Made by a program: the position numbers and the translations under genes. A DNA stretch of 62,627 bases, the filler included, from Candidatus Limnocylindrales bacterium (lineage in GTDB: Bacteria > Moduliflexota > Moduliflexia > Moduliflexales > JAUQPW01), in the NCBI GenBank assembly GCA_035559535.1. It is 5 parts of 5 records of this genome, joined end to end, with 100 filler letters (N's around TTAATTAATTAA, not from the genome) between each part and the next. Parts side by side here need not be neighbours in the genome. Positions count along the whole stretch, not along the records: positions 31,223 to 57,053 come from DATMBG010000010.1; 4 more parts are not named here. One strand, written 5' to 3'. Below the pieces are notes generated by a model that saw only the letters and a program-made list of their open reading frames with translations, had not been told where the DNA came from and did not search any database. This document shows, piece by piece, positions 40,442 to 51,076 of this stretch (position 1 is the stretch's first letter; each line of letters starts with the position of its first letter).

Positions 40442-40811
40442 AAACCGAGAAAGTTAAACCGTCTTTCGGTGGCCTTTGATAAAGCCCTGGAAGTTAATGA
40501 ACCTTTCTGAAGGTCTCAATAAACTGGAACAGACGTTGTTTAATAAAACTTTCCTGCTATTTGTGTCCTTTGTACTTGAAATTAAAGATTTCCACAAAGA
40601 TATTACCGTTTATAGGATTTTTGAAAAATCAGGGGGTAACTAAAAGCTCTTGATCGAGGTTAAAGGAAGGCTGTTGCCATAACTTTTCCCATTCTTACTA
40701 AAGAGGTAATAGGTATTACAAAATAACAATATGGTACTTCTTTCTATAAAACGCAAAGAGGATTAAAAATTATCTGGATTCCACGTTCCATGAAGATTTC
40801 CAAAAAACTCC

Positions 40812-40868
40812 TTGACATATTCCCCAGAAATAGGGGATTCTTGTTGGACAATGGTTATCAGTTTTCAA
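40812..40868 (+). promoter_or_regulatory. promoter with Fur-like box
   Basis: TTGACA at 40812; GGACAATGGTTATCA at 40846-40860 has 3 mismatches to the Fur consensus. Confidence 0.45.
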
Positions 40869-40912
40869 TGGTAGTTTAACAACTTTAGGGAGGAGGCAGT
40901 CAGAAAAGAAGT

Positions 40913-43900
40913 ATGGAAGTACAAAATCCGATTTTTACAAAGAAAAGTTTAGGCATTTTGAGTCTTGTCATGACCGTAGCGGTAGTTTTTATGACAGGAC
41001 TCTATGTAAGCAAAAGGAGCGAAGTTCGTAAATTGGGTTATCAGTTAAATCAAATCCAAGAGGAATCTCAAAAGCAGTTAAGTGAAAAAGATAAAATCCT
41101 GGCCGATTTAAATACCCAGCTTAAAAATTCACAGAGCAAACTTGAAGACGCCGGCAGAAATATTGAAGAAAAAGACAAAGAGCTCATAACCCTACGAACT
41201 CAACTTAACCAGGTCCAGGAGGACTTTAAGAAAGCACTGAGTGAAAAGGAAGTTCAGGTAAGAGATTTAACCGCTCGGGTAAATGAATTGCAAGATCAAC
41301 TCAAAAACGCCGATCAAAGCCTGAATGAAAGGGATAAAGCCTTAACCGACTTAAAAGAACAGATCGGACGGCTTCAAGAGGAAAACAAAGGTCTTGCCGA
41401 AAAGGATAAAACCCTGGCCGACTTAAAAGAACAGATCGGACGGCTTCAAGAGGAAAATAAGAGGTTAGCTGCAAAGGACAGGGAAACTACGCATTTAACT
41501 GAGCAGATTGCTCAGTTGCAGGATCAGCTAAAGAAAACCAACCAGGATCTGGTTGAACTACAGGGAATTCATAAAGAGTTAAATCGGACCCACGAAGAAG
41601 CCCAAAAAAATCTGGAAGAAAAGAACAAAGCCCTGGAGGAGTTGAACAGCCGGATCAACCAATTGCAGGCCCAACTGAATGAGAAAAACACTCAGATCGA
41701 TAACCTGATGGCAGATCTCAACCGGCATGCTAAACAATTGGAGGAAGTCCGAAGTAACTTAGAAAAGAAGAGTCAGGAGCAAGAGGAAACCCAAAGGATT
41801 TTAGCAGAAAAGGAGCGAATGGCTAATGAACTGGCTTCGCAGATCAACCAAATCCGAGGTCAAATGGATATTGCTCATCAAAACGCCAGTGAAAAGAGCC
41901 TTGCGCTTAATAACTTAAGCAAGCAGTTGAATCAACTTCAAGAGGAATATCAAAAGGATGTAACCGAAAAAGAGCAGATCCTTACCGACCTGACTGCACA
42001 ACTAAACCAGTCTCTGGGTCAGCTTAATGCGGCCAATCAAAGCCTCAGCGAAAAAACCTTAGCCCTTTCTGATTTGGCCAATCGATTGGATCGAGTCCAG
42101 GAGGAAAGTAAGAAAAATCTGCAAGAAAAGGAAGCAGTTCTTGCCGATTTAACCCATCAGTTAAACCAATTACGGGCTCAATTAGAGGCAAAAAATACCG
42201 AAGTGAATCGGTTAACCGAAGCACTCCAGCAACAGAAAAATCTACAGGCTAAGATCCAAAACAATCTTGAAGAATTGAGCAGAGAACAAAAAGAGACTCA
42301 AAAGAACCTGGCAGAGAAAGAACAAAAGATCGGAGATCTAACCCAAGAAGTAAATCAGCTGCGAACCCAACTGAATACGGCCCATCAAAATATAGGTGAA
42401 AAAGCTATTACCCTGGTAAACCTGACCAACCAACTCAATCAACTCCAGGAGGATCTGGCAAAGAAAGACAGGATGATCGGAGATTTAACAGGCCAGCTAA
42501 ATCAATTACGTGGTCAACTGGAAGTAACCCATCAAAATCTCAGTGAAAAAACCAATGCTTTAGCCCATTTGATTCATCAGCGAAACCAACTCCAGGAGAA
42601 TTTGGAGAAAAATGAAAAGATAGCTGCGGACTTAAACACGCAGGTTCATCAACTACAGGGGGAAATAAAGAAAGGTTTAGAAGAAAAAGACCGGGTAGTT
42701 GCAGATCTAACGGCCAGATTAAATCAACTTCAAGGACAACTGGATTTTGCCAACCAGAGTGTGAGTGAAAAGACCCTTGCGTTGGCCGATTCGCATAAGC
42801 AGTTCCGTCAGCTACAAGAAGAAATGAAGAAGAACCTGGAGGAGAAAGACAAAATCATTGCCTCCTTGAATGCTTCCCTGAATCAGTTACAGAACCAGAC
42901 TCAACAGGCTTTGAATGAAAAGGAGCGGACCCTCCTGGCGCTTAAGGATCAGATAGCTCAAGAACGGGAGGAAGCCAGAAAAGTTTTAGATGGAAAAGAG
43001 CAACAGATTGCAGAGTTGACAGCAGAGATAAATCAACTACGAACCCAGATAGAGGTTGCCAATCAGAATATAAGTGAAAAGACTCTGGCCTTAACTAACC
43101 TGAGTCGACAGCTCGATCAGTTAAAAAAAGAATCTCAACAAAATTTGACGGAGAAAGAGGCGGCAGTGACCAACCTGACCCAACAGGTTAATCAGTTGCG
43201 GGGGCAGTTGAAGACTCTGCAGGACATGATAAGTGAAAAGAGCATGGCCTTAGCCAGGGTAACCCAAGAGCTCAATCAATTGCAAGAAGAAAAAGATCGG
43301 CTGATAGCTGATTTAAAAGCTCAGCTTACCCGGGCTCAGGAAGAGAGCCAGAAGGTCCTTGCCGAAAAGGATCAGGCCCTGGCGAACTGGGCTATGCAGT
43401 TCGATCAACTCCAAAACCAACTGGCAGCAGCTAATGAGAATCTAAGCGAAAAGGATAAAGCCTTGGCGGCGGCTACAGATCAACTTAACCGATTACAGGA
43501 AGAGTCGAAACAAAACCTCCAGGAGAAAGACAAGTTGCTTGCAAGCTTAACCGACCAGGTAAATCAATTACAGGGTAAACTTGAAGAAGCCTTAGCCCAT
43601 CTCCGGGGAAAAGAGGAGGAGCTTACGACCTTAACGACCCGATTGACACAGGTACAAGAAGAAGCTCAACGTAACCAGGAAGAAAAGAGCAAGGAAATAG
43701 AGGGTCTGTTGACCCAGATAGCTCAACTCCAAAGCCAGTTAGACAATGCAAACAACCAACTCCGGGAAAAAGATCAGGCCCTTGAAAGCTTGCGTTCTCA
43801 ACCCGATCAGTTACAAAATCAACTGGAAGAAGTTCGGAAGAATCTGGATGAAAAGGAAAAAACCCTTGTCCAACTCCAAAGCCAGTTTAACCAGATGCAA

Positions 43901-44101
43901 GAAGAGTTCAGGAAAAAACTAGAAGAAAAGGAAAAGGCTCTGGGAGAGTTAACCACTCAAGTAAGCCAGCTCCGCGGTCAGTTGGATATAGCCAATCAAG
44001 CCGTCAGCGAAAAAGCCATTGCTTTGGTTAAAGCGGACAATCAAATCGGTAAACTCCAAAAAGTAATTGAAGAGTTGAAGCTGGAATTGGCCAAGAGATA
44101 A
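40913..44101 (+). CDS. membrane-anchored giant coiled-coil protein
   Basis: One N-terminal TM, then about 1030 aa of EK..L..L..QLNQLQ repeats; GGAGG upstream. Confidence 0.9.
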   Translation: MEVQNPIFTKKSLGILSLVMTVAVVFMTGLYVSKRSEVRKLGYQLNQIQEESQKQLSEKDKILADLNTQLKNSQSKLEDAGRNIEEKDKELITLRTQLNQVQEDFKKALSEKEVQVRDLTARVNELQDQLKNADQSLNERDKALTDLKEQIGRLQEENKGLAEKDKTLADLKEQIGRLQEENKRLAAKDRETTHLTEQIAQLQDQLKKTNQDLVELQGIHKELNRTHEEAQKNLEEKNKALEELNSRINQLQAQLNEKNTQIDNLMADLNRHAKQLEEVRSNLEKKSQEQEETQRILAEKERMANELASQINQIRGQMDIAHQNASEKSLALNNLSKQLNQLQEEYQKDVTEKEQILTDLTAQLNQSLGQLNAANQSLSEKTLALSDLANRLDRVQEESKKNLQEKEAVLADLTHQLNQLRAQLEAKNTEVNRLTEALQQQKNLQAKIQNNLEELSREQKETQKNLAEKEQKIGDLTQEVNQLRTQLNTAHQNIGEKAITLVNLTNQLNQLQEDLAKKDRMIGDLTGQLNQLRGQLEVTHQNLSEKTNALAHLIHQRNQLQENLEKNEKIAADLNTQVHQLQGEIKKGLEEKDRVVADLTARLNQLQGQLDFANQSVSEKTLALADSHKQFRQLQEEMKKNLEEKDKIIASLNASLNQLQNQTQQALNEKERTLLALKDQIAQEREEARKVLDGKEQQIAELTAEINQLRTQIEVANQNISEKTLALTNLSRQLDQLKKESQQNLTEKEAAVTNLTQQVNQLRGQLKTLQDMISEKSMALARVTQELNQLQEEKDRLIADLKAQLTRAQEESQKVLAEKDQALANWAMQFDQLQNQLAAANENLSEKDKALAAATDQLNRLQEESKQNLQEKDKLLASLTDQVNQLQGKLEEALAHLRGKEEELTTLTTRLTQVQEEAQRNQEEKSKEIEGLLTQIAQLQSQLDNANNQLREKDQALESLRSQPDQLQNQLEEVRKNLDEKEKTLVQLQSQFNQMQEEFRKKLEEKEKALGELTTQVSQLRGQLDIANQAVSEKAIALVKADNQIGKLQKVIEELKLELAKR

Positions 44102-44282
44102 GCCGGAGGAAGGGATTTTTCTTGGGTCGTTTCCTGGAATAAATCCTCTACCACCTTCCTCCCATCGTCCTGAGCTCTTCGATGCCGTTGGGGCCAGTTT
44201 GTCGAAGGGCTCAGGGTGAACAGAGTGGAAGCAAAATCTAGAAACCTTTCTTTAAAGCCTTTAAAGCAAGTACTTTTTTATT

Positions 44283-44999
44283 TTACCGGGACGAAAAGAA
44301 CTTCTTTAATTTCCTTTCTATCTTCTTGATAATCCCGGATTTCAATTGAAGCATGGTCGTTGCGGCATAGGTGGGAGTTAAGGCCTGACTGACGACTTCA
44401 ATCCGTCTTTTTTTAATTGCTTCAATCACCGAACCGATTTCTGGATCGGCCTCCACCAGGGAGAAAGTCTTACCGAATTGATGTAGGATGTGGGTATCCG
44501 AGGTGCCTACCAGGGGTAGTTGATATTTAGTCGCCACCTGTACGGCCTTTTCATTGAAATTGATTTTTTTTAGATAAAAATGGCTATACTCGATAGCGTT
44601 AAAAACCTCTATATTCTTTTCTAGTTTGGATCCCAGGCATTTAGAATCTGGAAAGAAGGGATGGGCTGCGATAACCAGGGTATCTTCACCGGTATATCGA
44701 TTTAAATCCTGAATCCTTCGGATTTTGCTTAAATCGCAGTTCATATTAAGAAGAAGAATATGCTTGCCTTCGATGGTTGCTTCCATTCCTGGGATCAGGA
44801 GTATCCCTCGATCCAAAGCATAATTTTTCAAATAATCGGTATAAAGTTGTCGGTTATGAAGGGTAATGGCCAACACATCAAACCCATATTCGGCTGCCTT
44901 ATCAATGAGCTCTGTAGAGCTATGTCGAATAAAAAGATCCTCCGGATCCTCGGAAGTATGTAAATGAAAATCGGCTTTCAGTTTTCTGGATTGCGTCAT
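44283..44999 (-). CDS. PHP-domain protein
   Basis: DFHLHT, ITLHN, AAHPF, GTSDTH. Confidence 0.85.
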   Translation of the reverse strand: MTQSRKLKADFHLHTSEDPEDLFIRHSSTELIDKAAEYGFDVLAITLHNRQLYTDYLKNYALDRGILLIPGMEATIEGKHILLLNMNCDLSKIRRIQDLNRYTGEDTLVIAAHPFFPDSKCLGSKLEKNIEVFNAIEYSHFYLKKINFNEKAVQVATKYQLPLVGTSDTHILHQFGKTFSLVEADPEIGSVIEAIKKRRIEVVSQALTPTYAATTMLQLKSGIIKKIERKLKKFFSSR

Positions 45000-45338
45000 G
45001 TCTGATTCTCCTCATCAAAAACTTATCTTTATCTCTGAGTGCTTAATCTTTAGCAGAGCGTCTATGAGAGATCTTTCATGAAATATAAGAAAGATCCGAA
45101 TAAATAACAATACTTTCTCTTCCATGCAAAAGTGATGCAATTTTAACGATTGGAGCAATATTTAAAAAAGAAAAAAGCAATCGTGAAATTTATCTTGACA
45201 GATCCAGGAGAATTTCCTAAAACAAAAGAGTAGAAGTAACGTATTTTCCTTTCTTTAAAGGGTTTTTCCTGTTCCATCATTACTTTGACGAAATCCGACG
45301 AAGAAGTTTCTCAGTTTAACCTAACAAAAGGAGGTCCT

Positions 45339-46475
45339 ATGAGAAAATTTCTCTTGCTTATTTTGATGGGAACCCTAATTCCAGGGTTGATGGCTGCAAA
45401 TGCCTACCCAGCAGAAGAGGTTATTAAATTGGGGCTGGCAGGTCCCCTCACCGGGGATCAGGGGGCTTTTGGGGAGCAATTGAAAAACGGAGGCACCATT
45501 GCCATGGAAGAATGGAATGAAAAAGGAGGTGTTCTCGGAAAAAAGATTGAGATCATCTGGGGAGACGATCAGCATGATCCCAAACAGGCTGTGGCGGTTG
45601 CCAACAAGTTTGTCAATGAAGGGGTTGTTGGGGTCATAGGCCATTTCAACTCCAGTTGTTCTATTCCGGCCTCAACGGTTTATGCCAAGGTTCCTATCCC
45701 CCAAATCACTCCGGCTTCTACCAATCCTCAATTTACAGATCGTAAACTAAAAAATGTATTTCGAGTCTGCGGTCGGGATGACCAACAGGGGGCTGTTGCA
45801 GCAGATTTTATCGTCAATACCCTTAAGAAAACGAAAGTAGCCGTCTTCCACGATAAAACCACGTACGGTCAGGGGTTAGCCGATGAGACCGTCAAAGGCC
45901 TCAAAAAGTTAGGTGTTGAGCCGGTTTTCTATACCGGAATTGTCCAGGGGGATAAGGATTATACGGCGGTTTTAACTGCTGCCAAACAGAAAAATCCGGA
46001 GGTTCTCTATTTTGGAGGGATTCATCCTGAAGCCATTTTGCTGGCTAAACAATCCAAAGATCTGGGGTTGAACACCATTTTTGTAAGCGGAGACGGGGTC
46101 TTCATCCAGGAATTTATCGATGGTGCAGGACCTGCAGCTGAAGGAGCTTATATCAGCTTTACCCCGGACCAGGAAAAAATTCCAGAAGCCCAGCCTTTCA
46201 TTAAAAAATTTAAAGAAAAATTCCCCCAAGCCAAAGAGGTAGGAGCTTATACCATCTACAGCTATGTGGCAACCAATATTCTCCTGGAGGCTATTAAAGG
46301 CACGGCCAGCACCGACGGAAATAAATTAATCGACTATATCCATAAGACCAAATTTAATACCGCCTTAGGACCGATCCAGTTCGATGAAAAGGGTGATGTT
46401 CTGGAATCACCCTATGTATTTTGGCAGGTCAAAAACGGAAAATTCGTTCAGGTTCAAGAGTTGAAGAAAAAATGA
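45339..46475 (+). CDS. livK: branched-chain amino acid ABC transporter substrate-binding protein
   Basis: GPLTG, GHFNSSCSIPAS, FRVCGRDDQQG, HDKTTYGQG; GGAGG RBS. Confidence 0.93.
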   Translation: MRKFLLLILMGTLIPGLMAANAYPAEEVIKLGLAGPLTGDQGAFGEQLKNGGTIAMEEWNEKGGVLGKKIEIIWGDDQHDPKQAVAVANKFVNEGVVGVIGHFNSSCSIPASTVYAKVPIPQITPASTNPQFTDRKLKNVFRVCGRDDQQGAVAADFIVNTLKKTKVAVFHDKTTYGQGLADETVKGLKKLGVEPVFYTGIVQGDKDYTAVLTAAKQKNPEVLYFGGIHPEAILLAKQSKDLGLNTIFVSGDGVFIQEFIDGAGPAAEGAYISFTPDQEKIPEAQPFIKKFKEKFPQAKEVGAYTIYSYVATNILLEAIKGTASTDGNKLIDYIHKTKFNTALGPIQFDEKGDVLESPYVFWQVKNGKFVQVQELKKK

Positions 46476-46602
46476 GTAACTAGATAGAGGATGGAAACAG
46501 CAAATTAGGGAGCAAGGGATGGTAGAGGGGATGTAAGTGAGTAACTGTTTTTGCCCCTCTCCTCCCTTGTTTCCTGTTACAGCTTTCTACCTGCTGTTTT
46601 AA

Positions 46603-47529
46603 ATGTCTTTTCTTGAATATATTATCCAGCAGTTGATTAACGGACTTACAATCGGGGCCGTTTATGCACTTATTGCCCTGGGATATACTATGGTCTATGG
46701 AATTATCGAGTTGATCAATTTTGCCCATGGAGAGATTTACATGATCGGGGCATATATAGGGATTATTACGCTGGGAGTTTTAAGCATGCAAGGTCTGACC
46801 CAGAACAGCCTTGCACTGGCCATGGGAATTGTCCTGGTGGTTTCCATGGTATATTGCGCCGCCTACGGGTTTACCATGGAACGAATCGCCTATCGCCCTC
46901 TCCGTCAGGCCCCCAGGTTATCACCCCTCATTACAGCCCTGGGTATGTCTATTTTTTTACAAAATTACGTCATGCTGACCCAGGGGGCTCGAGATAAATT
47001 CTTTCCCCCCTTATTTACAGGTGGGATTAATATAGATGAAGTTCGCATATCCTACATCCAGGTTTTTATCATGGTGATCTCGGTCCTTCTGATGATAGCC
47101 CTCCAGTTATTTATTAAAAATACTCGATTAGGTAAGGCCATGCGGGCGACTGCCCAAGATAAGAAAATGGCCAGTCTGGTAGGAATCAACATTGATCGGG
47201 TGATCTCTATAACTTTCATTATCGGATCGTCCTTAGCCGCCGTTGCAGGGATTATGGTGGGAATGTATTATGGATTGGTCAATTTTTATATCGGTTATGT
47301 GGCAGGTTTAAAAGCTTTCACGGCGGCTGTATTGGGTGGGGTTGGAAACATTGCTGGAGCCATGCTGGGAGGATTTCTTTTGGGTTTACTGGAAGCCTTT
47401 GCAGCCGGATTTATTCCTCCTCCCCATGGAGCTCAGTATAAGGATGTTTTTGCCTTTGCCATTTTAGTTTTAGTTTTGATATTTAGACCTTCAGGTCTAT
47501 TAGGCGAACAGGTCGCGGAGAAGATATAG
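46603..47529 (+). CDS. livH: BCAA ABC transporter permease
   Basis: YALIALGYTMVYGIIELINFAHG, KAFTAAVLGGVG. Confidence 0.95.
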   Translation: MSFLEYIIQQLINGLTIGAVYALIALGYTMVYGIIELINFAHGEIYMIGAYIGIITLGVLSMQGLTQNSLALAMGIVLVVSMVYCAAYGFTMERIAYRPLRQAPRLSPLITALGMSIFLQNYVMLTQGARDKFFPPLFTGGINIDEVRISYIQVFIMVISVLLMIALQLFIKNTRLGKAMRATAQDKKMASLVGINIDRVISITFIIGSSLAAVAGIMVGMYYGLVNFYIGYVAGLKAFTAAVLGGVGNIAGAMLGGFLLGLLEAFAAGFIPPPHGAQYKDVFAFAILVLVLIFRPSGLLGEQVAEKI

Positions 47530-47530
47530 C

Positions 47531-48775
47531 ATGAAAAAAATTCTTAGAGTGATGGCCATCTCTCTGTGGTTTGGATTTCTTACCTTTCCTTTTATGGGAA
47601 AACATGCGGGGCTTTTGATAATCCTTCTCTTAGCCGGTGGGGGATTATGGTTAGCGATAACCACCCTACGGAATACCAAGACCGTCAAACAATGGTTAGA
47701 AAGAGCTTCTTCTTATCAACAAGGCTTTCACCGTAATCTCAACCGGATAGACCGACGTATTGTCTTGGGGATTCTCCTGGTTTTAGCCCTCTTATTTCCC
47801 CTATTCAACAATCGTTATGTCGTGGACGTGGCCGTCATGTGTGGAATCTATATTTGTCTGGCCCTGGGTTTAAATATCGTCGTAGGGCTGGCCGGATTAC
47901 TGGATCTGGGATATGTTGCATTTTATGCCGTAGGTGCCTATTTATACGGTTTACTATCCATTCATTATGGCACTTCCTTCTGGTTAGCCCTTCCTTTAGG
48001 AGCCTTGATGGCGGCCACTTTTGGTGTCCTGTTGGGAGCCCCTACGCTTCGATTACGAGGAGATTATCTGGCCATTGTCACCCTGGGATTTGGGGAGATG
48101 ATTCGAATTATTCTGAACAACTGGGACCGGGTGACCCGGGGTCCCAACGGATTAATCGGAATTGAAGCCCCATCTCTGGGTAAAAAGTTCGTTTTTAGCC
48201 AGCCTATCCATTACTATTACTTAATCCTCCTGATTGTTATCATAACCATTTTTGTGGTCAACCGGCTGAACCACTCGAGGATTGGACGAGCCTGGATCGC
48301 CATCCGAGAAGATGAAGTCGCTGCAGAGGCTATGGGTATTGATACCACCCGGATGAAGCTTCTGGCCTTTGCCTTGGGAGCCATGTGGGCCGGTTTGGGC
48401 GGGGTATTTTTCGCCAGTAAAATGAGTTTTATCTCACCGGAAAGTTTCACTTTCTTTGAATCGGTCATTATCCTGTGTATGGTCGTCTTAGGGGGAATGG
48501 GAAGTATTCCAGGCGTTATCCTGGGTGCAATTGTGCTGGTAGTCCTTCCTGAAATGCTAAGGGATTTCTACCTTCCCTTTATGCAAGTAGACTTCTCACG
48601 GGCCCGAATGCTCATTTTTGGGATGTTGATGGTTTTGGTGATGATTTTCCGACCCCAGGGTTTGATCCCCAGTGCACGTCGCAAATTGGAATTGCATCCT
48701 GAAAAAGAGGAAAAGATAATAGAACAAAAGCCAGAATTTGTTTATGAAGTAGCCAGTAAAAGTCAGGAGCTCTGA
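47531..48775 (+). CDS. livM: BCAA ABC transporter permease
   Basis: GLNIVVGLAGLLDLG, LRLRGDYLAIVTLGFGE. Confidence 0.95.
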   Translation: MKKILRVMAISLWFGFLTFPFMGKHAGLLIILLLAGGGLWLAITTLRNTKTVKQWLERASSYQQGFHRNLNRIDRRIVLGILLVLALLFPLFNNRYVVDVAVMCGIYICLALGLNIVVGLAGLLDLGYVAFYAVGAYLYGLLSIHYGTSFWLALPLGALMAATFGVLLGAPTLRLRGDYLAIVTLGFGEMIRIILNNWDRVTRGPNGLIGIEAPSLGKKFVFSQPIHYYYLILLIVIITIFVVNRLNHSRIGRAWIAIREDEVAAEAMGIDTTRMKLLAFALGAMWAGLGGVFFASKMSFISPESFTFFESVIILCMVVLGGMGSIPGVILGAIVLVVLPEMLRDFYLPFMQVDFSRARMLIFGMLMVLVMIFRPQGLIPSARRKLELHPEKEEKIIEQKPEFVYEVASKSQEL

Positions 48776-48777
48776 TC

Positions 48778-49584
48778 ATGCGGTTACTAGAAACCCGAAA
48801 GCTTGCGAAATACTTCGGCGGTCTTAAAGCTATTGAAAATCTCGATTTTTATATCGATGAAGGGGAAATTGTAGGATTGATCGGCCCTAACGGGGCCGGG
48901 AAAACAACTTTTTTCAATTGTGTGACCGGCATGTACCCCCCCACCAAGGGAGAAATTGTTATCCATACCAAATATACCTCAGGTCCTATTCAGATTTATT
49001 CTTCTTCCTCTCGAAAGATCGTCAAACCTAACCAGATTACCAAATGGGGCCTTGCCCGGACTTTTCAGAATATTCGCCTCTTTGCCGATATGACGGCCCT
49101 GGAAAATGTAATGACCGGAGCCCATTGTCGACTGCATTCCGGAGTTTTGGGGTCTATTTTCAGAACCCCTAAGGTTCTAAAAGAAGAAAGGGACCTTGCC
49201 TCTAAGTCCATGGATTTACTTCATTTTGTAGGACTTCGGGATAAAGCCTGGATGCTGGCCAAAAATCTCCCCTATGGAGACCAACGACGCCTGGAGATTG
49301 CCCGTGCCCTCAGTACCGATCCGCATCTCCTTTTACTCGATGAGCCAGCAGCCGGTATGAATCCCCAGGAAACCAAGGTGCTGATGTCCCTCATCGATAA
49401 GATTCGGGCTCGGGACATCACGGTTTTGCTCATCGAACACCATATGAAACTGGTCATGGGGATCTCGGATCGGATCGTTGTTCTGGATCACGGTGAAAAA
49501 ATCTCAGAAGGGTCTCCTAAGGAGGTTCAGAAAGATCCCAAAGTCATTGAAGCTTATCTGGGAAAAGAGATTTCACACGGTTAA
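48778..49584 (+). CDS. livG: BCAA ABC transporter ATPase
   Basis: GPNGAGKTT, ARTFQNIRLF, LDEPAAG. Confidence 0.95.
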   Translation: MRLLETRKLAKYFGGLKAIENLDFYIDEGEIVGLIGPNGAGKTTFFNCVTGMYPPTKGEIVIHTKYTSGPIQIYSSSSRKIVKPNQITKWGLARTFQNIRLFADMTALENVMTGAHCRLHSGVLGSIFRTPKVLKEERDLASKSMDLLHFVGLRDKAWMLAKNLPYGDQRRLEIARALSTDPHLLLLDEPAAGMNPQETKVLMSLIDKIRARDITVLLIEHHMKLVMGISDRIVVLDHGEKISEGSPKEVQKDPKVIEAYLGKEISHG

Positions 49585-49589
49585 TATCC

Positions 49590-50294
49590 ATGCTGCGATT
49601 ACATAACGTACATACCTTCTATGGCCATATCCATGCCCTTAAAGGGGTTTCCCTGGAGGTAAACCAGGGAGAAATTGTTTGTCTTATCGGCGGCAATGGA
49701 GCCGGAAAGTCTACCACCCTCATGTCTATCTGCGGTATTAATAAGATTCGCCAGGGAATAATCGAATTTAATGGAGAACCCATCATGAATAAACCGCCGG
49801 ATCAGATTGTGGCCATGGGAATCTCTCAAGTTCCCGAAGGTCGTAGAATTTTCCCCCGCCTTACCGTCCTGGAAAACTTAGAAATGGGGGCTTTTCTGCG
49901 ACGGGATAAAACAAAGATTCGAGAAGATCTAGACCATGTTTTCTCTTTATTCCCTATTTTAAGGGAGCGACAAAAGCAGGCCGGGGGAACCCTCAGTGGG
50001 GGAGAACAACAAATGTTGGCCATAGCCAGAGCCCTCATGGCCAGACCGAAGCTTCTGTTGTTAGATGAACCTTCCCTGGGATTAGCCCCCATGATTGTAG
50101 AGCAGATTTTTAAAATTATCAAGGAAATCAACGAAGAAGGAACGACTATATTTCTGGTCGAACAAAATGCCCATATGGCCTTAAACTTAGCCCAAAAAGG
50201 CTATGTCATGGAAACCGGTCAAATCGTCATGCAGGATGATGCGAAAGCCCTTCTAAGAGATAAACGGGTACGGGAGGCATATCTGGGAGAGTAA
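49590..50294 (+). CDS. livF: BCAA ABC transporter ATPase
   Basis: GGNGAGKST, VPEGRRIF, LSGGEQQML, LVEQNA. Confidence 0.96.
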   Translation: MLRLHNVHTFYGHIHALKGVSLEVNQGEIVCLIGGNGAGKSTTLMSICGINKIRQGIIEFNGEPIMNKPPDQIVAMGISQVPEGRRIFPRLTVLENLEMGAFLRRDKTKIREDLDHVFSLFPILRERQKQAGGTLSGGEQQMLAIARALMARPKLLLLDEPSLGLAPMIVEQIFKIIKEINEEGTTIFLVEQNAHMALNLAQKGYVMETGQIVMQDDAKALLRDKRVREAYLGE

Positions 50295-50489
50295 TAAAAC
50301 TAGAAAAAGGGAAAGCCTGGAATCCAGCCCATTCACAGGCTTGAATCGCCCCTGCCGACCGGCAGGGAAAGAGCATGCACCGTTAAGAAGCATCAAACAC
50401 TAAACTTATTTCAACCTACCAACCCTGCAGACCGGATGCCTCTTCATCGATCTGGCACGTTCTACCCCCTTGATTTACTTTGGCCACCC

Positions 50490-50993
50490 TTACGGCTTGA
50501 CCGCGATCATCTGTAACTCGATCCGTGCGCCGTCGTTCAGTGCAGCAACCTGTACGGTGGCCCTGGCCGGTGGATCATGGGGAAAAAACTCGCGGTATAC
50601 TTGGTTGAATTTTGCAAAATCCTCGAAACTTGTAATGTAAGCCGTCACCGATACTACGTCTTTGAAATCCATCCCCGCAGCCTTCAGGACTTCCCCTATA
50701 TTGGTGAGCGCCTGGCGCGTCTCGGCTTCGATACCACCAGATACCAGCCTGGCGGTGACCGGATCGCGGCCCAGGTGACCGGACACATACAGAGTGTTAC
50801 CAACGAGGATACCCGGGCTGAAGGGAAGCCCTGTCTTCGGTGACTTCTCGGGACGAATCACGATACGCCGATCCCCTGATTGTTGGGCAGGTACTACACT
50901 TTGCAATACTACAGTCATCAGGATTCCGAGGATCAGACCAGCAAAGCCGGCCAGTAAGGTAACAACACGAACCCGACTATTTGATATCATCAT
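50490..50993 (-). CDS. RidA (YjgF/YER057c/UK114) family protein with N-terminal signal/TM
   Basis: LYVSGHLG, FNQVY..FF..DPPARATV, IELQMIA; AGGAGG RBS. Confidence 0.88.
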   Translation of the reverse strand: MMISNSRVRVVTLLAGFAGLILGILMTVVLQSVVPAQQSGDRRIVIRPEKSPKTGLPFSPGILVGNTLYVSGHLGRDPVTARLVSGGIEAETRQALTNIGEVLKAAGMDFKDVVSVTAYITSFEDFAKFNQVYREFFPHDPPARATVQVAALNDGARIELQMIAVKP

Positions 50994-51076
50994 ACTCCTC
51001 CTTTTATGAAATCTAAGTCCGAACGATCTTAGGGTCCTCCTTACTCCCCTTTCTCTCATTTTTCTCTCATTCTTTA

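Noticed and set aside
40913-44101. SMC ATPase or phage tape-measure protein
   Set aside because: No Walker motifs or hinge, and no phage genes nearby
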